IMG/VR virus record: IMGVR_UViG_3300030099_006944
Coordinates: 64,001-128,000 of that record
Length of the DNA: 64,000 nucleotides
From: a virus
Reading direction: 5' to 3' (one strand)
Shown: in pieces, positions 10,484-20,888 of the stretch
How the letters are laid out: every line of letters starts with the position of its first letter
Position numbering within the stretch: the stretch's first letter is position 1
The notes under the pieces: model-generated
Database searches by the model: none
Told to the model about the DNA's origin: nothing
What the model saw: only the letters and a program-made list of their open reading frames with translations
Translations under genes and position numbers: made by a program

Positions 10484-13400
10484 TGAGTATTTATGATGTA
10501 GGTGTGGAGAACCTCCCCAATGTATACATTCAGGACGTTAAAGTGGTCGTCGAAGCAAATGAGAAAATTCTTTTAACTTCGGTTTACTTAAAAGATCATT
10601 TGTACAAACCCTCATGGTCCGGAGAAAACCAAATCTTGGAAGACCTTAGAGTCAGATTACTAGTCGTGTATGATGACGGATCCAACTTGGGTGAATACAA
10701 CGCGATTGTAGACTCCTTAAATGCCGGCACAGCTTCTGTGTTGGACTATGAAGATGTCAGTAGTAATTATACAATCGCATCAGAAGAACCCAATACATTC
10801 GTTGGTCCGAAGCCTGATCAAGCCTTGGCTATATATCGCGCGAGTTTTAATATTAGCTTACCTAAAAATTGTTCTGACATTACCCTGTATGTTTGTTCGT
10901 ATTATGACTTTGGAACAACTTTAAAAAATGATTTTTTCAACTATTTTGCCGGACCAGTAGCGTCCGAAAAAATTATGTCTGCCGGAGAAAGAAACCAAAA
11001 CTCAGGATACTTTTATTTTCCAGATACCAATGAACCATATGGAGGCCCAGTTCACTATCATGAAGGCGTTGGGTATATGGAAGGATCCACACACAGAGAT
11101 GCCCCGCATCCTTTGTTGGTTTTTGTCGACAGAAAAGATCCCAAAATAAAATTAGGAGAAAGTATTCTCGACATACCTTCGATTGACAAAAGCGCTTTAC
11201 CATCTAACATGTCGACACAAATTAACGACAACAACATAGCGCACATAGAAACATACACCATGACAAAAAAGTCTAGTGTGCAATCTTTGGTGCACATAAA
11301 TCCAGCAGCTATGATACTTCAAGCAACAGACAGTGCAGCAATTTTGAGACATCTAAATCCGGCAGAATATCAGAGGTTAATCAGCCAGAATTTTCAGATT
11401 TTGTCACTTAAGATATTTCGAAAGCACCACAATTCTAGTGCTCGCAATATGGAATCAGACCCGAATGAATTGATAATCGACGTCCCAGTCATTGGGAATT
11501 CATTTCCTAGAAGCTGTTGTTACGTGTTCGATCCAAACACAGAAACTTCTGCGAAATATTCTTTCACAAATAAATCAATTATAAACGCTAGTCGCCCTCA
11601 AAGCCAAGGAGATATGTTGATAGTCCCCGGGGAAATTTACAAATCAGACTTGGAGAAATCTACGTCACACAAAATTTCTGAGATTCAAGAATTGGGGTTT
11701 ATGCAAGATGCTAGTATAAGAACTTTCCTGTTAGAAGATATGCTGTATGCCTCCTCTGCTCCGCAAATTTCATATGTTGTAAGTGTATCATTTAGGCAGA
11801 CCCTAGACTACTACATTAAGCAGGTACTAAATAATTTGTCTGTTTCGATTAATTTTTTGTCTAGTTTGATATCAGACTGCGGAAGGTCCGCCAATTATAA
11901 TGTGGCCTTCGGGACTTTTACCGAAGCTTACAAGTCTTTTGTTGCAGCGGAAATTGGGATTGATTATAATCCTGCCACTAAAAATGTTTTTTTGAACGCG
12001 TTTCTCTCCAATTTGGATATCTATGATGTCCAACCAGACCCTTATATAAAATTGATAGGGTCTGCTGTTGATGCGCACAAACTATTGTATACTTCCGGTT
12101 CCGACCAAATGATACAATCTCTTGTCGACAGTATACTTCCTTTTACAACCACTGTGGAAACATTAAGAGCACTATATGATGATTTAATGAGAATACAACA
12201 AGAGATAGAATCAATATATGGAATTAGCTCTTCAAACTTTGCAAACAGTAATGAATCTAATACCGGGGAGGTTGTTACTAGTTTGTTTGTTGATAACGGT
12301 GACACTTTCGAAATTCAACCGGTTGATTTAGGATATAATGTTTTCACAAACTTAGAAGGATCAAATATAAAATTTACCAAACAACAACTAAGAAACAGAT
12401 TGTCTTACGAAGAAAAATATTACATGAACTTGAAAAACAATCCCGAGGCCCCTTCTATAGATTCTAGTGTTAGGGATAATTTTGATTACTACAAGATCGA
12501 TCGTCTAAGGTATCTTACTCCGTTAGGGATCAAGATAGAAGACAGCCTCATCGATCTAACGCCTAGCTTTACAGACATCAATTCCTCTGCGATTATGTTT
12601 TTCAGACTACGTGCTATGGGTTTTATATCCGATACTACTCCCAACAATTCATCTGGTGAGAATGCCTTTTCCGGAAAAATGACAGCAACCGACGGTAGTG
12701 TACTTTCTATAACAAATGAAAACTTAGATGAAGAAGAAGATGGCTTAGTAATAATACCATCGACACAGTATACAAATCCGCTTAATGGAAACACTATTAC
12801 AATCGACGGGTTAAAGTTGGGGGACGATGATGACATCTGGCTTCCAAATTCTGAATCGGATATACTTTTGGTATCCGCTTTTTCGACATTGCAAACGGTC
12901 TCTCCAAGCTGGTATCTAGATTATCCGCCGCACCATAAAGCCATGATGTTTGATAATTGGGGTATGTCGGGATATGATTTTTTTACCAACAACAGGTTTC
13001 GTAGAATAATAGCAGAGACTGCCATGAATGTCATGAGGATGGAGTGTATAACTGGTTTTGATAATTCCTCAACTTCTGGTCTTGAAATTTTAAGTAGCCC
13101 AACAATTACAGCACTGTCAGATGACTTGCTGAACTCAAACAAGCCGTTCTTTTGTTTTTGCGAACCACACAGTCCAGACATTGGCTTTGGTTATTTCAAA
13201 TCCACACAGGCTGATTCCGCACGAACAGAACCGGTTCCTGTTTTAAACAACTTGGCTTATACCGTAGGACAAGTAGAAATATCACGAACTGATCCGTTAA
13301 AGATTACAACAAACTTCACATACAATTATAGAGACTTGAAGGAGTATTATAAATCAAACATTGTCTTGCAAGATCCTAATAAGACCGGTGTTTTGTCATA

Positions 13401-14190
13401 TCTTGGATCGCATCCGTTAGATTTAAGCGCAGCAGCACTTTTAGACATTGTTCCACCTAATGTGGTGGGAATAGAAGCGTCTGGTAAGCCCGTTTTGGCA
13501 CCAAGACCATCGGGGTACGGAGTAACTAATTTCCCAATTGATACCAGACCAACAGATGCTAATGACAGACCAGTCGGCACTGGGATAGATCGTGGATTAG
13601 GTGTGGTTGGTCAAGGTAACACAAATGCATACCGTGGTCAACGTAACCGTCAACCGGGCGCGATGGGAAGCATGCCTCAACCCGGATCACCGGTCGGAGC
13701 ATATGGTTCTGGTGGTGCGCGTAGTACCCCAACAGCACCGGGATCAGGTCGTCGTAGTTCATTACCGAACCCTAGAACAACCCCATCATCTCGAACAGCC
13801 CCATCGTTACCCACAGGTGGAAACACCGATAATGCACCAACTGGACGTGGAATAACATCGATGCCCGGACGATCTAGTTCTTCGGTACCAAGAGGCAACA
13901 GCAATTCGCCACATAATGTACCCGGCACTAGATCGGCAAAAGCTCCTAGTCGACCTCCACGACCTTCTGGTCAAAGAAACAGTCCGCCTTCATCGAGGGG
14001 CACACCGCAAAGTTCTCCTAGCGGAAGATCTAGTGGTAATGTGACCGGCGGCAATACAACCGGTGGAACATCTTCACAACCAACTCCTTCATCTCCACAG
14101 AGTTCACCTTCTAGTAGAAGCACTGGAACTCCCAGCAGAAGGTCTAGTGGTAACGTGAGCGGCAGAAACACAGGCGGAGGAAGATATTAA
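10483..14190 (+). CDS. Large virion protein with a long Pro/Ser/Gly/Arg-rich disordered C-terminal tail
   Basis: 1235-aa ORF coupled by TAATG at both ends. The last ~200 aa are low complexity. Confidence 0.5.
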   Translation: MSIYDVGVENLPNVYIQDVKVVVEANEKILLTSVYLKDHLYKPSWSGENQILEDLRVRLLVVYDDGSNLGEYNAIVDSLNAGTASVLDYEDVSSNYTIASEEPNTFVGPKPDQALAIYRASFNISLPKNCSDITLYVCSYYDFGTTLKNDFFNYFAGPVASEKIMSAGERNQNSGYFYFPDTNEPYGGPVHYHEGVGYMEGSTHRDAPHPLLVFVDRKDPKIKLGESILDIPSIDKSALPSNMSTQINDNNIAHIETYTMTKKSSVQSLVHINPAAMILQATDSAAILRHLNPAEYQRLISQNFQILSLKIFRKHHNSSARNMESDPNELIIDVPVIGNSFPRSCCYVFDPNTETSAKYSFTNKSIINASRPQSQGDMLIVPGEIYKSDLEKSTSHKISEIQELGFMQDASIRTFLLEDMLYASSAPQISYVVSVSFRQTLDYYIKQVLNNLSVSINFLSSLISDCGRSANYNVAFGTFTEAYKSFVAAEIGIDYNPATKNVFLNAFLSNLDIYDVQPDPYIKLIGSAVDAHKLLYTSGSDQMIQSLVDSILPFTTTVETLRALYDDLMRIQQEIESIYGISSSNFANSNESNTGEVVTSLFVDNGDTFEIQPVDLGYNVFTNLEGSNIKFTKQQLRNRLSYEEKYYMNLKNNPEAPSIDSSVRDNFDYYKIDRLRYLTPLGIKIEDSLIDLTPSFTDINSSAIMFFRLRAMGFISDTTPNNSSGENAFSGKMTATDGSVLSITNENLDEEEDGLVIIPSTQYTNPLNGNTITIDGLKLGDDDDIWLPNSESDILLVSAFSTLQTVSPSWYLDYPPHHKAMMFDNWGMSGYDFFTNNRFRRIIAETAMNVMRMECITGFDNSSTSGLEILSSPTITALSDDLLNSNKPFFCFCEPHSPDIGFGYFKSTQADSARTEPVPVLNNLAYTVGQVEISRTDPLKITTNFTYNYRDLKEYYKSNIVLQDPNKTGVLSYLGSHPLDLSAAALLDIVPPNVVGIEASGKPVLAPRPSGYGVTNFPIDTRPTDANDRPVGTGIDRGLGVVGQGNTNAYRGQRNRQPGAMGSMPQPGSPVGAYGSGGARSTPTAPGSGRRSSLPNPRTTPSSRTAPSLPTGGNTDNAPTGRGITSMPGRSSSSVPRGNSNSPHNVPGTRSAKAPSRPPRPSGQRNSPPSSRGTPQSSPSGRSSGNVTGGNTTGGTSSQPTPSSPQSSPSSRSTGTPSRRSSGNVSGRNTGGGRY

Positions 14191-16394
14191 TGAGAAAATA
14201 TTTTAACGTAAACAACTATCAAACAAACAACGATAGACTAAGAGGTCATTTGGGTAATTTTCCGGCTATAACTGGTTCGGTCAGTTACAGGGATAACAAA
14301 ATCACCAATGAAGTCATAGAGCCACCTGTCATTCACAAGAACAAAATCTTTCCCTCTATAACTCAAAAGGTTTTTGTGTATTCTGATGAAAACGTGTTTC
14401 GTGATGGAGCACAATGGAGAGCGCACATAAACTCTTTGATTCAGCCTAATTTATATGTTGACCACTCTTTTGCAACTAACATAAGGTCTACGGAGTGTAA
14501 TTTTCATCGATTAAGACACATACCAGAGTATGAAGATTTCTGCAAGGGCCTAGATACACGAGAACTCTTAAATTATAATATAGCTTATACAACTAGTGAT
14601 AGTGAGTTGATCAATGACATGGCTACCTTGAGAAACACGTTTGACGGTGATTTATTTTATGGCGATTTCGGAGCGAAAGGGAACAACAAGCACTTACAGA
14701 CAGTGATCGACAATTACGATAGACGCTTGGCACTATCAGAGGTGGGTAGAAGAAATATTGTAGCCAAGAACCAGAACATATACATTATGAACAAAACCAA
14801 AAGTTCTAGAATAAAATTAAAGGATCCAATATTTCCTTGCAACGTAAAGATCACTAGCAACAACCACATCTTACATAACAACGAATTGTTAGATATATTT
14901 GAAGAATATAATTATGAAAAATTAATATTTCAAGCAATAAACAACAACTCTCCTTCGCAAATCATTGAATTTCAAGGCGCATCTATGATAAAGGCTTATG
15001 ATTTGATTGAGTTGTTTTCAAATCTAGATTTTAAGAACTTCCAAGAAAAAGAGAATGAATTGTTTTTGTTAAACGAAAATGATAAAGTAGACAACTTAGT
15101 TAACCGGTTTGTAAATCAAATTAACACAATTAAGGTTTTAGAAAAAATAAACAACTTGATTCAAGAAAATTTAAGAGACTATAATAAGATCATAAACACG
15201 GATCTTTGCAAAAGATATAATCTTGGCTATAAAATAGAGAAATACATTAACAATGACAATGGTGCACCTATACAAACATATTATATAAAAAATGATGAAA
15301 ATCATTTAGAACACATCGACACCCAGCTTAAATTTGGAACAAAATATTTTTACAAGGTGTACAACATCTCTTGTGTTATGGGTAACTCATATACTTATGA
15401 GAACATTGATATATCTAGCTTTGATGATGAAAACGAATTTCTCAATGAGAATTATGACACCACCCATGCATATAGGGCCAGTGCCACCGTCTCTATCGCT
15501 CCATCTATAAAGATTTTAGAGATCCCTATACATTCCTCTGCGAAAATGTTTTTCGATCTCGTGCCTCCGAAACCGTGGGTTGAGTTTTCTTTGAGTAGTA
15601 AAGGAGTAATGATTGACTTGGAGCCTATGGGATACAATAATTTAGAAAAGTTTGAGTACAAGCCAATCCACCCAGATGAAGCTTACGTGCGTGAAAACTT
15701 GGCTATGGCATCGGATGGGTTTGCAGAAAACGACAGAAGTACAGAATATTTCAACGGTACCTATATGATTTATCGATTAACTGAGCCGCCAAAATCTATG
15801 GAAGATTTTTATACTGCTCCGTCAAAAAGAGTTGAGGGACACATGGAGATAATTCAAAACAACAAGGTCGACCAAACAAGTCAACCACAAAAGAAAGTAA
15901 AGATGCTTTATTTATCTCATGATGACAAGATTTTGTCGAATAGAAAATATTATTATATATTCCGAGCAGTATCTCACCATGGTACACTATCAAATCCGTC
16001 CGATATATATGAGGTGGAAGTGGTTAAAACAGCCTCTGATAAACTACTTAATGTGAATTTATACGAATTCAAAACGCATAAGCGACATAAGAAGACAAAG
16101 GATTTTAAGAGACTTTTAAAGATTGAGCCTAGCTTTTTTCACATTCAATTTCCGTGGTCGGTCGACGCTGGTAATGTTGAGGATGCCTTGGATATCATGG
16201 CCGCTCCCGGGGACGGAGGCCACAGAAGTGTTGCAGATATCAGCTCTACTGAGGCACTAGATACAATAGGCGATGCAGGAAAGAAGCTGTTCTCTGAGTT
16301 GGGGAACAAGTTTAAGATCAGATTGACATCGAAGCATACAGGCAAAAAAATTGATTTAAATGTTAATTTTAAAATAATTAAGAAGACTAATTAA
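14190..16394 (+). CDS. Hypothetical virion protein, possibly with FN3-like folds
   Basis: 734-aa ORF with motifs IDTQLKFGTKYFYKV and KILSNRKYYYIFRAVS, reminiscent of FN3 'D....G..Y.Y.V.A'. Confidence 0.4.
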   Translation: MRKYFNVNNYQTNNDRLRGHLGNFPAITGSVSYRDNKITNEVIEPPVIHKNKIFPSITQKVFVYSDENVFRDGAQWRAHINSLIQPNLYVDHSFATNIRSTECNFHRLRHIPEYEDFCKGLDTRELLNYNIAYTTSDSELINDMATLRNTFDGDLFYGDFGAKGNNKHLQTVIDNYDRRLALSEVGRRNIVAKNQNIYIMNKTKSSRIKLKDPIFPCNVKITSNNHILHNNELLDIFEEYNYEKLIFQAINNNSPSQIIEFQGASMIKAYDLIELFSNLDFKNFQEKENELFLLNENDKVDNLVNRFVNQINTIKVLEKINNLIQENLRDYNKIINTDLCKRYNLGYKIEKYINNDNGAPIQTYYIKNDENHLEHIDTQLKFGTKYFYKVYNISCVMGNSYTYENIDISSFDDENEFLNENYDTTHAYRASATVSIAPSIKILEIPIHSSAKMFFDLVPPKPWVEFSLSSKGVMIDLEPMGYNNLEKFEYKPIHPDEAYVRENLAMASDGFAENDRSTEYFNGTYMIYRLTEPPKSMEDFYTAPSKRVEGHMEIIQNNKVDQTSQPQKKVKMLYLSHDDKILSNRKYYYIFRAVSHHGTLSNPSDIYEVEVVKTASDKLLNVNLYEFKTHKRHKKTKDFKRLLKIEPSFFHIQFPWSVDAGNVEDALDIMAAPGDGGHRSVADISSTEALDTIGDAGKKLFSELGNKFKIRLTSKHTGKKIDLNVNFKIIKKTN
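16386..16393 (+). promoter_or_regulatory. Candidate late-promoter motif ACTAATTA
   Basis: Exact motif 20 nt before ATG 16414. Confidence 0.5.
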
Positions 16395-16413
16395 GGTAAT
16401 TAAGGAGAATATT

Positions 16414-17352
16414 ATGGGTTTTCAAGATAACAGCGGCGACATTATATTAGATGTGGTACTAACAGACGAAGGCAGAAAAAAGCTAGCAGCAGGGAATTTT
16501 AATGTGACTCACTTTGCTTTGGGAGACGACGAGATAAATTACGAATTGTTTAACGTAGGTGCTTCAACTGCTCTCCAAGATTTGAGTATTTTACAAACCC
16601 CAGTATTAGAAGCATTCACTAATAACACAGCGTCAATGAAAAGCAAATTATTATACGGAATAGGATCTGGTAACGCTGGTATGATGAGTATTTGGTATTT
16701 GCCCACTCTGCTTCTTAATACCCTGAAAACCAACTCCAAAACCGAAGCAAATAAAAATGTATACATGGTGACAGCCGATAGTAACAGCTATACTAATACT
16801 AGTAACACTGGAATAGGAAGGACTGCAAACGGTGCTGTTGCTGGTATTCAAAATGGCGCCTTGACTTCCGGAGGAAGCAATAGCGATGGTCAGATTATAC
16901 GCGTAGATGCCGGTTATAACACCGGAGACACAAATTCGATTGATACTAATGTCTTCGAATCTAGTTTTACAATAACCATGGACGATCGTTTATTAAAACT
17001 GCGAGACACCACTGGTCAAGCACTGGGTTATGTTGATATTGATGATGACGGGTTTGCAATATACAATTCGGTTTCATTATTTAACGCAGCCTCTCAGACT
17101 GTTACTAATAGTGTAGAAACTCCAATCGTCAATGGTGGATATTTGACGGGATTCTTGGCCTTTAAACTTGGTGCGAATACTGCGAATCTAGTGTCCAGTT
17201 ATCTTTTTGATAAAATGGGTAACACCAGCACTATGACAAACGAAGCCGGCGGTACTCAGGATATCAAATATATCGATACTACTGTGAGAGTCACTGGTAA
17301 TGTTTTGGGGTCCTCAATTGATATACCGGTTAGAGTCGTAAAATTAGCTTAA
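16414..17352 (+). CDS. Putative baseplate/tail-collar structural protein
   Basis: AAGGAG RBS. Motif LDVVLTDEGRKKLAAGNFNVTHFALGDDEINY is a paralog of the 9503 N-terminus. Confidence 0.5.
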   Translation: MGFQDNSGDIILDVVLTDEGRKKLAAGNFNVTHFALGDDEINYELFNVGASTALQDLSILQTPVLEAFTNNTASMKSKLLYGIGSGNAGMMSIWYLPTLLLNTLKTNSKTEANKNVYMVTADSNSYTNTSNTGIGRTANGAVAGIQNGALTSGGSNSDGQIIRVDAGYNTGDTNSIDTNVFESSFTITMDDRLLKLRDTTGQALGYVDIDDDGFAIYNSVSLFNAASQTVTNSVETPIVNGGYLTGFLAFKLGANTANLVSSYLFDKMGNTSTMTNEAGGTQDIKYIDTTVRVTGNVLGSSIDIPVRVVKLA

Positions 17353-17365
17353 AAAAGGATAGAAA

Positions 17366-18481
17366 ATGACAACTTATAAACCATTAAACCAAACAGATCA
17401 AGTCCAAACCCGAACGCTACTTCATGAAGCGATTCCCTTAACAGGATCTATTTCATCCGGATCATATACCGGAAACAACATCAAGAACTTTTCACATGGT
17501 ATGTTCCAATCAGTATATGATTATCCGTACCTCTCTTCTAGTGCCAATCATATATATGATATCACCTTTGGATACCACAGTGATTCTCCGTACTCTGGTT
17601 CTAGTAACACACAGAACGCAAAAAAGATAAACATCTACAATCAAATGGCACAAGTTTTAATGGGATATGATGTCAATGGTAATATTCAAAAATTTGATCA
17701 AGATGGAGATATTGCCGGTGGTGGCTCTAAAATACAGGAGGCAATATTTATAACTTTTTCTAGATTGCTTGTTAAAGATGAAATCAAAAAAGGTTCTTTT
17801 AATTTGACACTTGGAGTAAATCAGGCATATGGTAATCAAGATGGCTCTGTAATGGAGAAAAAGTTGTTGATCCATGATGCTTCTGGCTCTGATAGTTATT
17901 TTACCAACTCCCCAACAGGAGAGTATGGTATCCTGTATGCTACTGGTAGTACCACTGTTGGTACTGCTCCTACCACAAAAGGCATCAATACAGCATACCC
18001 AGTAGGTCTAATATTTTATCAAGCCGGGGTTGCTGTGATTAGTGGGTCTATTTTTATGGACGAAGCCGCAGGTGGTATTTTGCACAACAGCAATGCGGGA
18101 ACAATTCAATTTATGCCTGACAATCTTCACGGTGGTGACAATGGCTTTTTCGATCTGACAGGTTCTTCTATATCTGGTGCCGCGGAAGCATTGAGATTGA
18201 GAATAGATGACTTGTCATTTAACAACACGATCGAGCTTAACTCTTCGATTTATTTCTGTCGCGCATCTCATAATGAATTTAATTTTTCAAGTAATCCAAC
18301 TTATATCGATGGCGCCAAGATCAGAGTTAAAGGAACACAGGAAGACCCTCCTGTTGCCTATATCACAACTATTGGCCTGTATTCAGCAGACAGAGTGCTG
18401 TTGGCTGTTGGAAAACTATCAGAACCAATCCGCAAAGATCCAAGTATCGAACTAACATTTAGAGCCCGATTAGATTACTAA
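17366..18481 (+). CDS. Putative baseplate structural protein
   Basis: C-terminal YITTIGLYSADRVLLAVGKLSEPIRK motif, shared with the 18481 protein and resembling the C-terminal part of tail-collar domains. Confidence 0.5.
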   Translation: MTTYKPLNQTDQVQTRTLLHEAIPLTGSISSGSYTGNNIKNFSHGMFQSVYDYPYLSSSANHIYDITFGYHSDSPYSGSSNTQNAKKINIYNQMAQVLMGYDVNGNIQKFDQDGDIAGGGSKIQEAIFITFSRLLVKDEIKKGSFNLTLGVNQAYGNQDGSVMEKKLLIHDASGSDSYFTNSPTGEYGILYATGSTTVGTAPTTKGINTAYPVGLIFYQAGVAVISGSIFMDEAAGGILHNSNAGTIQFMPDNLHGGDNGFFDLTGSSISGAAEALRLRIDDLSFNNTIELNSSIYFCRASHNEFNFSSNPTYIDGAKIRVKGTQEDPPVAYITTIGLYSADRVLLAVGKLSEPIRKDPSIELTFRARLDY

Positions 18482-19758
18482 TGTATAAGTATGAATTTAC
18501 AGATGAAGAAATATTTACAAATCGAATTAAAACCTATCCGGAGTTTAATTTATTTGTATATCAAGGAAATCTGTATGTAAACAAAGAGGTACCCAAAGCC
18601 GGAACGAAAGGTGGTATAGAGGTATACAACATAAACAGCAATAGATCTGGTGATCTAAAAGTCTACCCTTTTGTACAAGCTAATGGACACAAACAAGATT
18701 TCAGAAAAAGAAATCCGCAACCAATGGTTAAGTTGTTTTCTGAAAATTATGGCTATATTGGTCCGTACGAATTCATATCGAGTAGAAACTTTGCTGGCTT
18801 TCCAGCACAAGGAACAGTCACATCGTCATATTCAGAAGTGGTACCAATAACCCGAAGATCAACTTCGGCAGTTAGCAGCTATACTAGAAGTTATTTTGAT
18901 ATAGGCTCTGGTTCTACTGGTGTTGGTAATATCGCTCTACCAGTTACCATAAATACCACCGCATCGGCTCTTCAAACAGCAGCGAGGAAGTATAAATATA
19001 ATTCTCGACATTTTACTTTCAATTCCCCTGCTAAAGAGCTAAATAGAAACTTACTCACATCAGACATAAATTTTATTTTTATTCCGACGGTATATTACGG
19101 ATCTTCAATCAAACGAGGCTCTGTCATTCTAGACTATTATGTCACTGGATCTAAAATAGCATCATGTCATGACAAGAAAGAGAACGGAGAATTGTATGAA
19201 ACAACTGGGTCTGCTAGTGGGTCTGTTGTTGGTATCGTTCTTTATGATGAGGGAGTTATAATGCTAACAGGTGCAGTAGCCCAAGGCACAAACAACTCTA
19301 TTCAGTATGTTTCAGGTAGTCCCTCTACTAACACTTGGATGCACTATGGAACCACCATGAACGATGGCGTGGTACCTTCTCTTTCCAATAGAACATTGGC
19401 TTCCGCTAGTTTTGGATTGAATTTCAAAGGAACTAGTTATGTCAATACACTAACGATGCTAGCAAAAGCGCCCAAAGGTCATCTTAACCACTCGAACAAT
19501 CCCACGTATAAGAAAAAAACCGCACCAGAAAATACAATAGCAGTGACGGGTAGTGGACTATATTATGAACCCTCATCAAAAATTGCAAATGTTGTGACCT
19601 CGTCATATACGTCTGCTTCTTTTGAAAAAGTAACTTACATATCGAAAATTAAAGTCTATGATGACAATTACAATTTAATTGGGGTTGCAACAATGGCCAA
19701 GCCAATTAAGAAAACAGAAGATAAAGAATATATTTTTAAATTAAAACTTGACATATAA
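18481..19758 (+). CDS. Putative baseplate structural protein (paralog of 17366)
   Basis: C-terminal YISKIKVYDDNYNLIGVATMAKPIKK. Internal GELY.TG...VG.V.Y..GV..L motif also shared with 17366. Confidence 0.5.
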   Translation: MYKYEFTDEEIFTNRIKTYPEFNLFVYQGNLYVNKEVPKAGTKGGIEVYNINSNRSGDLKVYPFVQANGHKQDFRKRNPQPMVKLFSENYGYIGPYEFISSRNFAGFPAQGTVTSSYSEVVPITRRSTSAVSSYTRSYFDIGSGSTGVGNIALPVTINTTASALQTAARKYKYNSRHFTFNSPAKELNRNLLTSDINFIFIPTVYYGSSIKRGSVILDYYVTGSKIASCHDKKENGELYETTGSASGSVVGIVLYDEGVIMLTGAVAQGTNNSIQYVSGSPSTNTWMHYGTTMNDGVVPSLSNRTLASASFGLNFKGTSYVNTLTMLAKAPKGHLNHSNNPTYKKKTAPENTIAVTGSGLYYEPSSKIANVVTSSYTSASFEKVTYISKIKVYDDNYNLIGVATMAKPIKKTEDKEYIFKLKLDI

Positions 19759-19776
19759 CTGTTAGTATGTTATAAT
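19748..19776 (+). promoter_or_regulatory. Perfect sigma70-type promoter TTGACA-N17-TATAAT; predicted leaderless transcript
   Basis: TTGACA at 19748-19753 and TATAAT at 19771-19776. The ATG at 19783 sits at the expected +1. Confidence 0.85.
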
Positions 19777-19782
19777 ATATAT

Positions 19783-20286
19783 ATGATACTCGGAATAGAT
19801 ATAAGCACATCTAAGATTGGATACTGTGTTGTGGACTCACAACAAAATTTAAAGGAAGTTAATTTTCTTAAATTCAAAGACGGAACTCTTGAAGAAAGAG
19901 CACAGAAGTTTTATTTGGGAGAACTGAGAAGACTTAAATATACCTATAATATAACGCACATACGCATAGAAGAACCCTTTACAATGTTCTCAGGTGGTAA
20001 AACGACTGCTGGTACCATGAGTAAGTTGCAACGCTTTAATGGTATGATTTCGGTCCTCGCATACACCCTGTTTAATCTACAACCCGAACTTGTTCCGTCA
20101 AGATCAGCCAGATCAAAGTGCGGAATCAAAATCAAAAGAGGCGAGAACACGAAGAAAAAAATCATTGAATGGGTTGAAAATAAATACCCAAAAGACTTCA
20201 TAGTCGAATTAACCCGCCATGGGAATCCCAAACCCGGCACAGATGACATGGCTGATTCAATTGTCGTTGCTTTGTCTCACTTTTAA
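19783..20286 (+). CDS. RuvC-like Holliday junction resolvase (RNase H fold)
   Basis: ILGIDISTSKIGYCV (catalytic D), IRIEEP (catalytic E) and C-terminal DDMADSIVVA. Confidence 0.75.
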   Translation: MILGIDISTSKIGYCVVDSQQNLKEVNFLKFKDGTLEERAQKFYLGELRRLKYTYNITHIRIEEPFTMFSGGKTTAGTMSKLQRFNGMISVLAYTLFNLQPELVPSRSARSKCGIKIKRGENTKKKIIEWVENKYPKDFIVELTRHGNPKPGTDDMADSIVVALSHF

Positions 20287-20325
20287 CATTTTAACATACT
20301 AATTTATCATGCACTAGGAGGACAC

Positions 20326-20871
20326 ATGGACATGATTACCGTACTTATACCCGGCGGGTTTAAGCCGCCACACGTAGGGCACTACAAATTTTTTATGCAT
20401 TACATAAACAACCCAGAAGTATCTGAGGTTAGAATTTTCTGTGGAGAACGTCAACGCAAAGTTGGCGATGATTTTGCAGTATCCATAGAGCAAGCAGAAG
20501 CTGTTTTGAAGGCTTATGGTATCTTGGATAACCCAAAGGTCATCTATCAACGCGCGAAGGTCAGAAAGACCCCTAACGGCCATTATACAAACCCTTTTAC
20601 TGATGTGTATGATTGGGCTGAGGAGAATTACAACAAAACAGAGAACCAAATCTCCCTTGGGCTTTCATCAAAAGACACAGGATATCAAGCAGGTTTCTTG
20701 GGCTATTTCAAATCATTTGCCAATATCGTTGAGATCCAACACACCTACGAGCAAGAACACCTCGTTTCCGCGACAGAGTTCCGAGAAGCCCTGGCGGCTG
20801 GTAAACCAATCGGGGAATTTATACCAGATCACGTTTCGGAAGAGGAAATAAAGAAAATTTTTACTAATTAG
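20326..20871 (+). CDS. Cytidylyltransferase-like (HIGH-motif) nucleotidyltransferase
   Basis: GGFKPPHVGH motif and C-terminal VSATEFREAL. AGGAGG RBS. Confidence 0.7.
   Translation: MDMITVLIPGGFKPPHVGHYKFFMHYINNPEVSEVRIFCGERQRKVGDDFAVSIEQAEAVLKAYGILDNPKVIYQRAKVRKTPNGHYTNPFTDVYDWAEENYNKTENQISLGLSSKDTGYQAGFLGYFKSFANIVEIQHTYEQEHLVSATEFREALAAGKPIGEFIPDHVSEEEIKKIFTN
20863..20870 (+). promoter_or_regulatory. Candidate late-promoter motif ACTAATTA
   Basis: 18 nt before the GTG at 20889. Confidence 0.45.
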
Positions 20872-20888
20872 TAGGACGAGGGGCCGCT

